From assembly GCA_963762565.1 (NCBI GenBank), contig CAVXLD010000001.1:544001-608000 (forward strand): a DNA stretch of 64,000 bases, in the 5' to 3' direction. A program made the position numbers and the translations under genes. Numbering within the stretch: the first letter of the stretch is position 1; each line of letters opens with the position of its first letter. This document shows, in pieces, positions 8,770 through 18,829 of the stretch. The notes beneath the pieces are model-generated. The model ran no database searches and was not told the DNA's origin. It saw only the letters and a program-made list of their open reading frames with translations. The stretch comes from an uncultured Verrucomicrobiae bacterium. GTDB taxonomy: Bacteria; Verrucomicrobiota; Verrucomicrobiia; Chthoniobacterales; JAFAMB01.

Positions 8770-11626
8770 AGGTGCAGAACAAATTGCGATCGCCGTACAC
8801 GTTGTCAATCCTGCCCACCGGCGGCCAATATTTATAGTCTTTGGTCCAAGGAGCGGGAAACGCGGCTGACTCCCGGCTGTAGCTGCGGCCCCAAGGCTCA
8901 ACCGCTAAGTCCTGGGCTGTGTGGGGCGCTCGCTTCAAAGCATTATCTTCGCGGTCTGCTTCCCCGGTCTCAATAGCCCGAATCTCGCCAAAGATTGAAA
9001 TCATGGCGTCACAGAATCGGTCGAGCTCAGCTTTCGACTCGCTTTCTGTAGGTTCGATCATGAGCGTGCCAGGAACCGGAAATGACATGGTGGGGGCGTG
9101 AAACCCGTAATCCATGAGGCGTTTGGCGACATCTTCTACCTCGATACCCGCAGATTTCTTGAATTGTCGCAGATCAATAATGCACTCGTGAGCCACCCGG
9201 CCAGATTTCCCTTTGTACAGAACCGGATAATACCCCTGGAGGCGCGTGGCAATATAGTTCGCGCTCGCGATAGCCACCTTTGTGGCTTGGGTAAGCCCTG
9301 GGGCACCCATGAGAGCAATGTAAGCCCAAGAAATACAGAGGATGCCAGCGCTCCCAAAGGGTGCGGCGGATACAGGCCCGATCGCATCCGGATTCCGGTC
9401 GTCAGCGAACGGATGGGACGGCAGGTAAGGAGCTAAATGCGCTTTGACTCCGATTGGACCAACGCCGGGGCCACCTCCTCCGTGCGGAATGCAGAACGTC
9501 TTGTGAAGATTGAGGTGGCAAACATCGGCGCCTAGATCCGCCGGCTGGCACAAACCAACTAGGGCGTTCATGTTCGCTCCATCCATGTAGACCTGGCCGC
9601 CGAAACGATGGACAATCTCGCAAAGGTCCACAATACCCTCTTCGAACACGCCATGGGTCGAGGGATACGTCACCATCAGCGCACCGAGCTCCGATTGATG
9701 AAGCTTTGCCTTCTTTTCCAGGTCTGCTAAATCGATGTTCCCGCCACCGTCGCAAGCAACCGGGACAACCTGAAATCCAGCCATCGCAGCCGAAGCGGGA
9801 TTAGTGCCATGCGCTGATGTGGGAATCAGGCATACGTTTCGATTCTTCTCTCCTCGCTTCTCATGATAGCGCCGAATCGTCAGCAAACCGGCATATTCCC
9901 CTTGCGAACCGGCGTTCGGCTGGACGGTGACCGCAGCGAAGCCCGTGATCTTGGCCAACCATTCCTCGAGGCCGCTGATCAGCTGGCGATAACCCGCGGT
10001 TTGTTCCCGCGGCGCGAACGGATGCATCTGACCAAAGCCGGGCCAAGTAACCGGCAACATCTCAACCGCCGCGTTCAGCTTCATGGTGCAGGAGCCGAGA
10101 GGAATCATTGACGTCGTCAGCGACAAATCTTTGTTCTCCAGCCGCTTCAAATAGCGCATCAGCTCGGTCTCAGTGTGGAAGGAGTTGAAGACGGGATGCT
10201 GTAAAAAGGCCGACGATCTTTGGAAAACATCGGGCACAGGCTCAATTTCTGTCTGGCGAAACCTGTCCCAGGAGAGGCGACTTTCGGTGTCGAACAGCTT
10301 CGCCAATTCTTCCAGATCCGCTTCCGACACGGTTTCATCGAGAGAGATGCCGATCCAACCATCCGGATAGAGCCGGAAATTGATTTTTTGCTTGGCTGCT
10401 TCTGCTAAGACTTTTTCGGCGGCTGCTCCCAGACGGATTTTGATGGTATCAAAGCGGACTCCGTCGAGCACCTGGTAGTCGAGAGCTTTTAACCATGAGG
10501 CAAGCAGCTCAGTCTTTCGTCGAATCTCGGCCGCAATCGCCTTCAATCCATCGGGTCCATGATAAATGGCATACGTGGCGGCGATAACCGCCAGCAAAAC
10601 CTGGGCGGTGCAAATGTTGCTGGTCGCCTTGTCGCGCCGGATGTGCTGTTCCCGGGTTTGCAGCGCCAGTCGATAGGCCGGGCGCCCAGCCGAATCTTTG
10701 GAAACGCCGACTAAACGTCCGGGCATGTGCCGTTTGAATGAGTCTCGGGTAGCAAAGAAAGCGGCATGCGGTCCCCCGAAACCAACCGGTACACCGAACC
10801 GTTGGGAAGAACCGACGCAAACATCTGCATCGAATTCGCCGGGAGGGACCAAAAGCGTCAGACTCAAAAGATCGGCGGCCACCACCACTAAACTGCCGGC
10901 GACGTGAGCCGCATCCACAAAAGCTCTGTAATCCTCGACTCGTCCTTCCGTAGTCGGGTATTGGACGAGCACACCGCAAAAGTGTTCCGTCCAATCGATG
11001 TTCTCGGGTGACCCAACCACAATCTCGATCCCTAACGCCTCGGCCCGGGTGCGAACGACTGCGATTGTTTGTGGATGGCAATTATTAGCAACGAAAAATC
11101 GGGAGCGGTCCTCGTGCTTATTGACGGCAAAACAGAGTGCCATCGCCTCTGCAGCTGCAGTGGCCTCATCCAGCAGCGACGCGTTTGCGATCTCCATCCC
11201 GGTGAGATCGACAATCATGGTTTGGAAGTTCAGCAATACCTCCAACCTTCCTTGAGCAATCTCGGCTTGGTAGGGTGTATAGGCTGTGTACCATCCTGGA
11301 TTTTCCAGGACGTTTCGCTGGATCGGGGGCGGAGTCAACGTGGCGTAATAGCCGAGACCAATGTAAGATTTAGCGATCGTATTCAGGTAAGCCAGCGAGC
11401 GGAGCTGCCGTAGCGCCTCCGCCTCGCTCAGGGGGTCTGGAAGACCAAGGTTACCGTTAAATCGAATCTTCTCCGGCACTACAGAATCGATGAGCGCGTC
11501 AAGGGTTTCAAACCCCGTGGCGTTTATCAAGCTTTCTAACTCGTTGCCGGTCACACCGATATGGCGACGGCTGAATGATGGCAGCGTAGTTACCGGTACG
11601 TCGTGAAGGGTTCCCTGTGTTCGCAT
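8762..11626 (-). CDS. gcvP: Glycine dehydrogenase (decarboxylating), P protein
   Basis: 'FSRRHIG', '[17 protein letters not shown]', '[18 protein letters not shown]', '[18 protein letters not shown]'. Confidence 0.97.
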   Translation of the reverse strand: MRTQGTLHDVPVTTLPSFSRRHIGVTGNELESLINATGFETLDALIDSVVPEKIRFNGNLGLPDPLSEAEALRQLRSLAYLNTIAKSYIGLGYYATLTPPPIQRNVLENPGWYTAYTPYQAEIAQGRLEVLLNFQTMIVDLTGMEIANASLLDEATAAAEAMALCFAVNKHEDRSRFFVANNCHPQTIAVVRTRAEALGIEIVVGSPENIDWTEHFCGVLVQYPTTEGRVEDYRAFVDAAHVAGSLVVVAADLLSLTLLVPPGEFDADVCVGSSQRFGVPVGFGGPHAAFFATRDSFKRHMPGRLVGVSKDSAGRPAYRLALQTREQHIRRDKATSNICTAQVLLAVIAATYAIYHGPDGLKAIAAEIRRKTELLASWLKALDYQVLDGVRFDTIKIRLGAAAEKVLAEAAKQKINFRLYPDGWIGISLDETVSEADLEELAKLFDTESRLSWDRFRQTEIEPVPDVFQRSSAFLQHPVFNSFHTETELMRYLKRLENKDLSLTTSMIPLGSCTMKLNAAVEMLPVTWPGFGQMHPFAPREQTAGYRQLISGLEEWLAKITGFAAVTVQPNAGSQGEYAGLLTIRRYHEKRGEKNRNVCLIPTSAHGTNPASAAMAGFQVVPVACDGGGNIDLADLEKKAKLHQSELGALMVTYPSTHGVFEEGIVDLCEIVHRFGGQVYMDGANMNALVGLCQPADLGADVCHLNLHKTFCIPHGGGGPGVGPIGVKAHLAPYLPSHPFADDRNPDAIGPVSAAPFGSAGILCISWAYIALMGAPGLTQATKVAIASANYIATRLQGYYPVLYKGKSGRVAHECIIDLRQFKKSAGIEVEDVAKRLMDYGFHAPTMSFPVPGTLMIEPTESESKAELDRFCDAMISIFGEIRAIETGEADREDNALKRAPHTAQDLAVEPWGRSYSRESAAFPAPWTKDYKYWPPVGRIDNVYGDRNLFCTCG

Positions 11627-11689
11627 TCGGCGAAAAACAGATATTGCATTCACTTTGGACGTTTCGCAAACCCATCTATGTTTGCGGCC

Positions 11690-12793
11690 ATGGCTCCAAG
11701 TCCATCAGAACTACAACGCACGCCACTGCACGGGGAACATCTGAGGTTACGCGCTAAGTTGATCGGCTTCGGCGGTTGGGAAATGCCAGTTTACTACACT
11801 GGTATTCTGGAAGAGCACCAGGCTGTGCGGCAGCGCGCCGGCATTTTCGACATTTCTCACATGGGGGAAGTCGAAATCTCGGGGCCAAAAGCACCGGGGT
11901 GGCTGAACTCGCTGCTGACAAACAACCTGGATCGCCTCGCGGTGGGGGAGGGCCAGTACACCCTGATGTTGAATGACCGCGGGGGGGTGATCGATGACTT
12001 GATCGTCTACCGTCGATCGGAGACCGGCTATTTTCTGGTGGTCAATGCCGCCAAGATCGCGGAGGACGTTTCCTGGCTCCAGGATCACCAGGTAGAAGGG
12101 GTTTCGGTATCAGACCAGAGCCAGTTGTTTGCTGCGGTGGCGATACAAGGACCAAATGCCGCCAAGGTCTTTCAGACGATCGGCGAACTCCCGGCCCGAA
12201 ACCATATTGGAAAGTTCAAGCTTGGCCGAGCTCCGATGTTGGTGGCGCGTACCGGTTACACCGGTGAGGACGGGTTTGAAGCATTTTTGCCAGCCGAGAC
12301 CGCGGAAGAGGTTTGGCGCGCCTTTCTTGAACTCGGACAGGGTGAGGGCTTAACTCCATGCGGTTTAGGAGCGCGGGATACACTGAGACTGGAAGCTTGT
12401 TATCCGTTGAATGGCTCGGATTTATCCCCGGAGACAACACCTTTGGAAGCAGGCCTGGGATTCTTTGTAGATTTGAAGAAGACCAGGTTCATTGGACAAG
12501 AGACTCTGCTGCAGCAGGCGGAAGCAGGGCTGACCAGACGCTTAGTCGCCGTAAGATTAGCTCCAAAGTCTCCTCCTCCCCGCCCGCACTATTCGATTTC
12601 AGTCGGATCGGAGATTATCGGTGAGCTGACCAGCGGCACTCAATCACCAACTCTCGGCATTGGCATCGGCTTGGGTTATGTAAAGATTCCATTCACTAAA
12701 CCTGGGCAAGCCATCGAGATCGATGTGCGAGGCCGCAAATTTCCCGCGACTGTCGAAAAAAAACCGCTATACAAGAGAAATGTCACTGCCTGA
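11690..12793 (+). CDS. gcvT: Glycine cleavage aminomethyltransferase T
   Basis: 'FGGWEMPV', 'FDISHMGE', '[11 protein letters not shown]', '[12 protein letters not shown]'. Confidence 0.97.
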   Translation: MAPSPSELQRTPLHGEHLRLRAKLIGFGGWEMPVYYTGILEEHQAVRQRAGIFDISHMGEVEISGPKAPGWLNSLLTNNLDRLAVGEGQYTLMLNDRGGVIDDLIVYRRSETGYFLVVNAAKIAEDVSWLQDHQVEGVSVSDQSQLFAAVAIQGPNAAKVFQTIGELPARNHIGKFKLGRAPMLVARTGYTGEDGFEAFLPAETAEEVWRAFLELGQGEGLTPCGLGARDTLRLEACYPLNGSDLSPETTPLEAGLGFFVDLKKTRFIGQETLLQQAEAGLTRRLVAVRLAPKSPPPRPHYSISVGSEIIGELTSGTQSPTLGIGIGLGYVKIPFTKPGQAIEIDVRGRKFPATVEKKPLYKRNVTA

Positions 12794-13163
12794 GGACCTA
12801 AAATACGCCGAGACCCATGAATGGCTTCGGATCGACGGAACAATTGGTACCGTCGGGATTACAGATCATGCTCAAGCTGAGCTGTCAGACATTGTTTTCG
12901 TCGAATTACCTAAGGTCGGCGACAAAGTGACCGCTAAGGAAAAAGCTGCCGTCGTTGAATCCGTTAAGGCCGCAAGCGATATTTATTCACCCGTTTCTGG
13001 CGAAGTTACCGAAGTTAACGGCCAACTGGAGAGTAATCCGGCGATCGTCAATAACGAGCCTTATGGCGAAGGCTGGCTTTTCAAGGTCCGACTGGAAGGC
13101 GGAGCGGACCTTTCTGAGCTAAAGGATGCAGCGGCTTATGGTGCACAGATCGGGGCCGGCTAA
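12780..13163 (+). CDS. gcvH: Glycine cleavage H protein
   Basis: 'HEW', 'GITDHAQ', lipoyl motif '[13 protein letters not shown]', 'PYGEGW'. Confidence 0.97.
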   Translation: MSLPEDLKYAETHEWLRIDGTIGTVGITDHAQAELSDIVFVELPKVGDKVTAKEKAAVVESVKAASDIYSPVSGEVTEVNGQLESNPAIVNNEPYGEGWLFKVRLEGGADLSELKDAAAYGAQIGAG

Positions 13164-13165
13164 AG

Positions 13166-13293
13166 AAATGACAGATGACAAATTGCAGATGACAGATGAC
13201 AGATTGTCGCGCTGCAAATTCGTGAGACTGTTGGCGTCTTCACAGATCGGAGACGATCGCATTTGTCATTCTGTCATTTGTCATCTGTCATTT
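13166..13293. repeat. Inverted (ATGACAR)n heptamer element
   Basis: aaatgacagatgacaaattgcagatgacagatgacagat ... atttgtcattctgtcatttgtcatctgtcattt. Confidence 0.92.
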
Positions 13294-13300
13294 TGATTTT

Positions 13301-14122
13301 ATGTCTTGGCTGAATTGGTTGGAGAACCGGGTCGGTTTTCTCGCGATCCCACGTCTAATCCCGGCGATCGCGCTCTTGAATCTTTTCGTTTATATCCTTT
13401 TCCAACTCAATCGCGAGTACGTCCTCTATCTGACCCTGGACCCTGCGCTGGTTTTACAGGGACAAATATGGCGACTGGTTTCTTATATCTTTATTCCAGC
13501 AGTTTTTTTAGGCGGGGGCTCACCTCTAGGGCCTATTTTTCTTCTGCTGTACGTCTGGTTCATGATCTGGATAGGGAACTCGCTTGAACATGCATGGGGA
13601 GCATTTCGCCTAACCCTGTACTACTTCCTGGGGATGGTGGGTGTAACCGTCGCCGCCTTTGTAGCCTTTCTATTCACAGGGCAACTCGAAGGAAACTACT
13701 TCCCTGTTTTTATAAACACCTCGTTGTTCTTCGCGTTCGCGACACTTTTTCCAAACGTTCAGGTTTATCTGCTGCTCTTCATTCCCATTAAGGTGAAATG
13801 GATGGCTTTGTTCAGTCTGGTTCCGATTCTTCTAATCTTTATAGGGTCGGACGCTGCAACCAGAGTAGCCATGATCATTTCACTGCTGAATTACGTTCTT
13901 TTCTTTGCACCCGTCGCGGTCTCGAATGCTCGTCACAATCGCGACGTTCAGAAACGTCGATTAAAGTTTGCGGCTGGTTCCTTGCCGGCTGACGAGCCGC
14001 TCCACCGCTGCGCCGTCTGTAAACGAACCGAACGCGACGACCCCGAACTAGAGTTTCGCGTCGCCCGAGACGGCGAAGAATATTGCGTCGAGCACTTGCC
14101 GAAGCCCGTCGCGAAGAGTTGA
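13301..14122 (+). CDS. Rhomboid-like membrane protein with C-terminal Cys/His zinc-binding motif
   Basis: 'GQIWRLVSYIF', 'GNSLEHAWG', 'FFAFATLFP', 'HRCAVC..EEYCVEH'. Confidence 0.75.
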   Translation: MSWLNWLENRVGFLAIPRLIPAIALLNLFVYILFQLNREYVLYLTLDPALVLQGQIWRLVSYIFIPAVFLGGGSPLGPIFLLLYVWFMIWIGNSLEHAWGAFRLTLYYFLGMVGVTVAAFVAFLFTGQLEGNYFPVFINTSLFFAFATLFPNVQVYLLLFIPIKVKWMALFSLVPILLIFIGSDAATRVAMIISLLNYVLFFAPVAVSNARHNRDVQKRRLKFAAGSLPADEPLHRCAVCKRTERDDPELEFRVARDGEEYCVEHLPKPVAKS

Positions 14123-14326
14123 GGCGTTTGGCGTTCGGCGTTTGGCGTTTGGCGTTCGGCGGTTGCGGTTAGGGAGGGCACGCGTCCTCGCGCGCCGTGA
14201 GGACGTGCCATCACCTTAAAGGTGTATTCTTGTTCCGCGATTACAGCATGTCCTCGACTTCGATAACAACGGATCGCGAGGACGCGATCCCTCCCGGACC
14301 ACCGCCAAACGCCGGACGCCAAACGC
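14122..14326. repeat. (GGCGTTY)n arms around a GGAG-tagged REP doublet
   Basis: GGAG-GGCACGCG-TCCT-CGCGCGCC (about 14172) and inverted GGAG-GGATCGCG-TCCT-CGCGATCC (about 14271-14294); fills the gap between two convergent stop codons. Confidence 0.9.
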
Positions 14327-15361
14327 TTAACGGAAAAACGCTTGGAATTCTCTGAGCTTGGCCAATGCTTGACCGGAGTCGACCAATTGGGCGGCCAATT
14401 GTAAACCTTTCTCCATTCGAGGGGCCAAACCTGCGATCACCAAGCCGGCCGCGGCATTGATCAAGACAAAGTCCCGCTTTGCCCCTCGCTCCGTGCCGGA
14501 AAGAATTGCACTCAGGCTCTTAGCGTTCTGTTCGGCATCGCCGCCTCTCAATTCATGCAACGTCGGCGTTCGTATTCCAAGTTGATCAGGAAACAAATGA
14601 AAATAGTTGAACGATGAGTCTTTGACCTCGTGAACCGCCGTTTCACCCATCGTCGAGATCTCGTCCATGCCGGAGCCACTTTGCACCTGTCCATGGACCA
14701 CCCACGCTCGTTTCCGTCCTAATCTGGCTAATGCCAACGCATATTTCTCAAGGATCGTGGGAGAGAAAACTCCGATCAGCTGGTATTGCGGTCGCAACGG
14801 GTTCAACAGTGGCCCCAGCAGATTGAAAACTGTGGCTATTCCTTGCTCAGCCAGTTTCTTCCGAGCATTTGCTACGGATGCGAACGCCGGATGATAGAGC
14901 GGTGCAAAAAGAAATCCGATCCCGGTTTGCTCAATTGCAGCAATCATCTTCTCCGGCGAACTGGTTACTGGGATCCCAAGCTTCTCCAAAGCGTCGGCTC
15001 CGCCGGAGCGTGACGTAATGGCTCGATTCCCATGTTTCACCACCACCGCACCGCCTGCCGCAACGATAAACGTCGCAGTAGTTGAAACATTGATCAGTTC
15101 CAACCGATCACCGCCGGTGCCGCAAAGATCGATGCTCGGTTTCCCACCTAGATCCGCTTCCGGCCTCAACGCTAAGCTCAGAAAAGCTTCGGCGAAATAG
15201 CCTACTTCTTCACCGCTTTCCCCTTTGTCTCTGAGCGCGGCGAGAAACTCAATCTTCTCTCCATCGGGAAACTCGCGATTAGCCAGAAAATTGGCCGCAG
15301 TCCGAACCTCACTTGGCGTGAGATCGACGCCCGCCCGCAATTGTTCGATGAGTTCCTTCAA
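14327..15361 (-). CDS. trpD: Anthranilate phosphoribosyltransferase
   Basis: 'DLCGTGGD', 'NVSTT', 'KHGNRAITSRSGGAD', 'FNLLGPLLNP', 'MDEIS'. Confidence 0.95.
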   Translation of the reverse strand: MKELIEQLRAGVDLTPSEVRTAANFLANREFPDGEKIEFLAALRDKGESGEEVGYFAEAFLSLALRPEADLGGKPSIDLCGTGGDRLELINVSTTATFIVAAGGAVVVKHGNRAITSRSGGADALEKLGIPVTSSPEKMIAAIEQTGIGFLFAPLYHPAFASVANARKKLAEQGIATVFNLLGPLLNPLRPQYQLIGVFSPTILEKYALALARLGRKRAWVVHGQVQSGSGMDEISTMGETAVHEVKDSSFNYFHLFPDQLGIRTPTLHELRGGDAEQNAKSLSAILSGTERGAKRDFVLINAAAGLVIAGLAPRMEKGLQLAAQLVDSGQALAKLREFQAFFR

Positions 15362-15470
15362 GTTCAGTTAACCGGAAACGGTTCTTCTCTGCCCGTGCAG
15401 GCTGCTTTGCTACCTTCTTTTGAAAGGGTGGTTTTACCCAAGCTCATCCGCGAGCATACTAGGAGAAAGC

Positions 15471-16409
15471 ATGACTGCGTCAACGGGGGAAACGAGCGAG
15501 AGCGCCGGCTTGTCCGACGAAGCTTCGGGAGTTTCAGACGACCGAGCGAAGGCGGAGAACCTGCCAGAACGCAAAACCGCTCAGAGCGTCTTGGTGATCG
15601 GTTGCGGTTACCTCGGGGCGCAGCTGCTAAGACAACTTGCCCGAAACGGATGGAAGGCGACGGGGATTACTCTGTCTGAATCGTCTGCCGGCGCGCTCAG
15701 GAGCCAGGGGCTAAAGGTCGTCGCCGCAGACCTGCGCACGTCCGATTTGCGAGTTCTCACCGAGACTAATCCGTCCGTAATCATTCACTGCGCCAGTTCC
15801 GGGAAAGGTGGAGCGATGGCCTATCGGGAGATCTTTCTCGAAACGACGAGGCGCCTCATTAACGAGACGAGCTTTGAGCATTTGTTCTTTACAAGCTCTA
15901 CCTCGGTCTATGCGCAAACAGACGGTTCGACCGTGACGGAGACGGACATCGCAGAACCGGAACGGGAGACCGGACAGATCCTGAGACAGACTGAAGAACT
16001 AGTGCTGGCATGCGATGGAACCGTTTTGCGCCTCGCCGGTATCTACGGCCCTGGACGTTGTGTCCCATTAGAGAAATTACTTTCCGGCGAAGCCGTGATT
16101 GAGGGTAATGGTGAACGTCTCGTCAACTCGATTCATCGGGATGATGCGGTATCCGCTTTTTGCCTGGCCGTTGGTGGCCGCTGGAAGGGCCTATTTAATG
16201 TTGTTGATAACGAGCCGGTAACTCAACTCGAGTGGTTCCAATGGGTGTGTGCTCGACTCGAGCGCCCTCTCCCCGCGTTTGCTCCGCGAGATCTGAACCG
16301 AAAACGGGCTTGGACCAGCAAACGAGTTACCAACGCGAAATTGCGTTCTATGGGGTGGATACCGCAGTATCCGAGCTTTCGGGAAGGTGTGCAGCAGATT
16401 CTGGCTTAG
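15471..16409 (+). CDS. NAD-dependent epimerase/dehydratase (atypical SDR, YeeZ-like)
   Basis: 'VIGCGYLG', 'TSSTSVY', 'LRLAGIYGPGR', 'IHRDD'; AGGAG upstream of ATG 15471. Confidence 0.85.
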   Translation: MTASTGETSESAGLSDEASGVSDDRAKAENLPERKTAQSVLVIGCGYLGAQLLRQLARNGWKATGITLSESSAGALRSQGLKVVAADLRTSDLRVLTETNPSVIIHCASSGKGGAMAYREIFLETTRRLINETSFEHLFFTSSTSVYAQTDGSTVTETDIAEPERETGQILRQTEELVLACDGTVLRLAGIYGPGRCVPLEKLLSGEAVIEGNGERLVNSIHRDDAVSAFCLAVGGRWKGLFNVVDNEPVTQLEWFQWVCARLERPLPAFAPRDLNRKRAWTSKRVTNAKLRSMGWIPQYPSFREGVQQILA

Positions 16410-16760
16410 GAGCTAGGAGCTAGGAGGTGAGGGGTGAGGTACGCCAGGGGGTGAGCCGAACGCTAGTGAACGCTAGTCGACGGAGTGGAACCTGGTGGAC
16501 GGGGTGGCTGATCTCTGCTCTCCACTAAGGCCACTCCGTCCACGACGTCCACTCTGACTTCGCGCCGTGAGGTATCGGCGTCACGCCGGGCTATTCGCGG
16601 GAGCCGCTTGTTGCTTCGTTTTACGACCGTTCCGAGCGTCGAGACAAATAAGCGAGATCGAAGCGGATCGTTCCAAAGCGGCTCCCCTCCAGCGCTCGGC
16701 GCCGTGTCGCCATATCGCCCACTCGCCGCACGGCCATTCGCCCGCACGCCGTTACCTCAC
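16408..16760. repeat. Composite repeat block: GGAGCTA heptamers, an inverted GTGGA-type element, a RAYT-type REP on the minus strand, and CGCC octamers
   Basis: taggagctaggagctagg; inverted pair 16465-16553; gggagccgc(16599)..gcggctcccctcc(16690). Confidence 0.85.
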
Positions 16761-18059
16761 CACCCCGACACGTCCTTGCGGTCGCGGAGCAACGGCTAGC
16801 ACTAACAGACCGCCTAGCAACACTGCTCCACCGATCCCATAGAATGCATAATCCGATTTTTTGGTCGCCTCGCTTACCGCACCGACGATGGTGGGACCAA
16901 AAAAACCAGCCAAACCGCCGAGGGAATTGATCCAGGCAATTCCAGCGGCAGCGCTAGTGCCGGCCAACATGTCCGCCGGGATCGGCCAAAAAATGGGAAA
17001 CAACGACAATACGCCAATCGAAGAGAGGGTCACCCCTGTCATGGTTAACCAGGTGCTATTACTAGATGTGCCGACGACCACCAGGCCAGCACAACCAAGC
17101 AGCGCTCCGAAAAAATAATGCCAACGCCGTTCATTCGCTCGATCCGAACTATGCCCTAAAATCACCATCGCTACCGCTGCGAACCCGTAAGGAATCGCAG
17201 ATAAGAGCCCAACGTCGAGAGGATCACTTATTCCGGAGTTCTTGATGATCTGTGGCAACCAAAACCCGATGCCGTAAAGCCCGAGCGAATTGCAGAAGTA
17301 AATGAGTGACAGCACCAGTAGTTTCGGTTCCAGCAGTACGCGAACTAGCGGCAATCTGTCCTTAACTGCGTTCTCAGCGTCGATATTCGCTTCTAGCGTT
17401 TTCTTCTCAGCCTCCGTCAACCAGCGCGCGAACCGAATGCCATTCGGTAGCATGAACGGGACGCAAACGCCGATGATAATCGCCGGTAAAGCCTCCACCA
17501 AAAAAAGCATCTGCCACCCTCTCAAACCCGCGACCCCGGAGAACTGATGCAAAATCCACCCCGACAGGGGGTTGCCGATCATTCCAGTCACGGCGATAGC
17601 CGTCATAAACCAGGCGACGATCTGTGCTCGCCAGTTGGATGGGAACCAGTAAGTCAGATAAAGAATGATGCCCGGGAAAAAGCCGGCCTCGGCGAAGCCA
17701 AGCAAAAACCGTAAGGCGTAGAATGAGGCGGCAGAATTTACGAAAAGCGTCATTCCGGAGATAATCCCCCAGGTGATCATAATGCGGGCAATCCAGAGAC
17801 GGGCGCCGATCTTTTCCAGCAGCAGATTGCTTGGCACCTCAAAGAGCAAGTACCCAAAGAAGAAAATGCCGGAAGCAAAGCCGTAGACCGAGTCGCTCAG
17901 ACCGAGATCGCTTTGCATCTGCAGTTTGGCAAAGCCTACATTGATCCGGTCGAGATAAGCCGTGACGTAACAAAGAAAAAGCAGCGGTAATAAACGCAGC
18001 GCGACCTTGGTGTAAAGCCGGTCCGCGGAAACGGAGGCAATCTGGGGAGAAACGGCCAT
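16752..18059 (-). CDS. MFS transporter, anion:cation symporter family (TtuB/HpaX-like)
   Basis: 'AYLDRINVGFA', 'FEVPSNL', 'GARLWIARIMITWG', 'EAGFFPG', 'ERRWH'. Confidence 0.92.
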   Translation of the reverse strand: MAVSPQIASVSADRLYTKVALRLLPLLFLCYVTAYLDRINVGFAKLQMQSDLGLSDSVYGFASGIFFFGYLLFEVPSNLLLEKIGARLWIARIMITWGIISGMTLFVNSAASFYALRFLLGFAEAGFFPGIILYLTYWFPSNWRAQIVAWFMTAIAVTGMIGNPLSGWILHQFSGVAGLRGWQMLFLVEALPAIIIGVCVPFMLPNGIRFARWLTEAEKKTLEANIDAENAVKDRLPLVRVLLEPKLLVLSLIYFCNSLGLYGIGFWLPQIIKNSGISDPLDVGLLSAIPYGFAAVAMVILGHSSDRANERRWHYFFGALLGCAGLVVVGTSSNSTWLTMTGVTLSSIGVLSLFPIFWPIPADMLAGTSAAAGIAWINSLGGLAGFFGPTIVGAVSEATKKSDYAFYGIGGAVLLGGLLVLAVAPRPQGRVGVVR

Positions 18060-18159
18060 TCTGGGGGGTAGGTTCTAAGTTGTAGGTTAGAGGTTGCGGG
18101 TTTGGGGTCAATTCCTGGGGAGTTCTGGCGAATCCGCGAAATCTGATCCTGATAGACGG

Positions 18160-18733
18160 CTAGACATCCTTGATATCCGGGCGCGCAGGCGCCAACCGGG
18201 CGCCGCCGAATCCGGGTGCTCTGATCCAAGCCAAAACGGCAAGCGGCATCATGAGAAAAATGGAAATCAGGCGAGAAGCCCAGAGAATACTGGAGACGAT
18301 CCAAGACCTGCCAGTGGCATCGACAAAAACGCCGTTTAAAGAGGCTGGAACCGCGATCAACAGGTTCCCCAGAGCGGAGACACCATAGAAAAGGATGGCT
18401 AGGCGCCAATGTCTCTTCGATGCTGATTGGGTAGGTCTCGACCTCAAGTATAACGCGAATAGCTGGTAGAAAATATAAACGGTGAGCAACCAGCCGAAGA
18501 AGTTGCTGAGTGGCACGCCGTAGAACGGGCCTCCATCGCGCCACACCCAAGCTCTATCAATGTCTGCCCAGACCGTACATGCGGCCCCCGTGGATCACGG
18601 CGAACAAGATCGGTGGAACAACGTGCAGGCCGGCGATCACGAGACCGGGAACCTCCTCAGGAAAGAGCTGCAGAACCCTGCCCACTAGATACGCCAGCAG
18701 CAAAACCCACAGTAGAAATCGCCGCTCTTTCAT
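18160..18733 (-). pseudogene. Carotenoid biosynthesis (CruF/DUF422-like) membrane protein with an internal out-of-frame deletion
   Basis: N-terminal part 'MKERRFLLW..HGGRMYGL' joined out of frame to the C-terminal part 'VWADIDRAWVWRDGGPFYGVPLSNFFGW'. Confidence 0.7.
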
Positions 18734-18829
18734 GGAAGCCGGGAGAGATGAGCGATCTGCGAGACCAGCAGCAAACGGGTTGCGCCAGCAACCCATTTGC
18801 TGCCAATAGCCTGAACCGTCGAAAAATCG

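Noticed and set aside
11627..11689. Glycine riboswitch upstream of the gcv genes
   Set aside because: The gap is too short and no aptamer consensus is visible.
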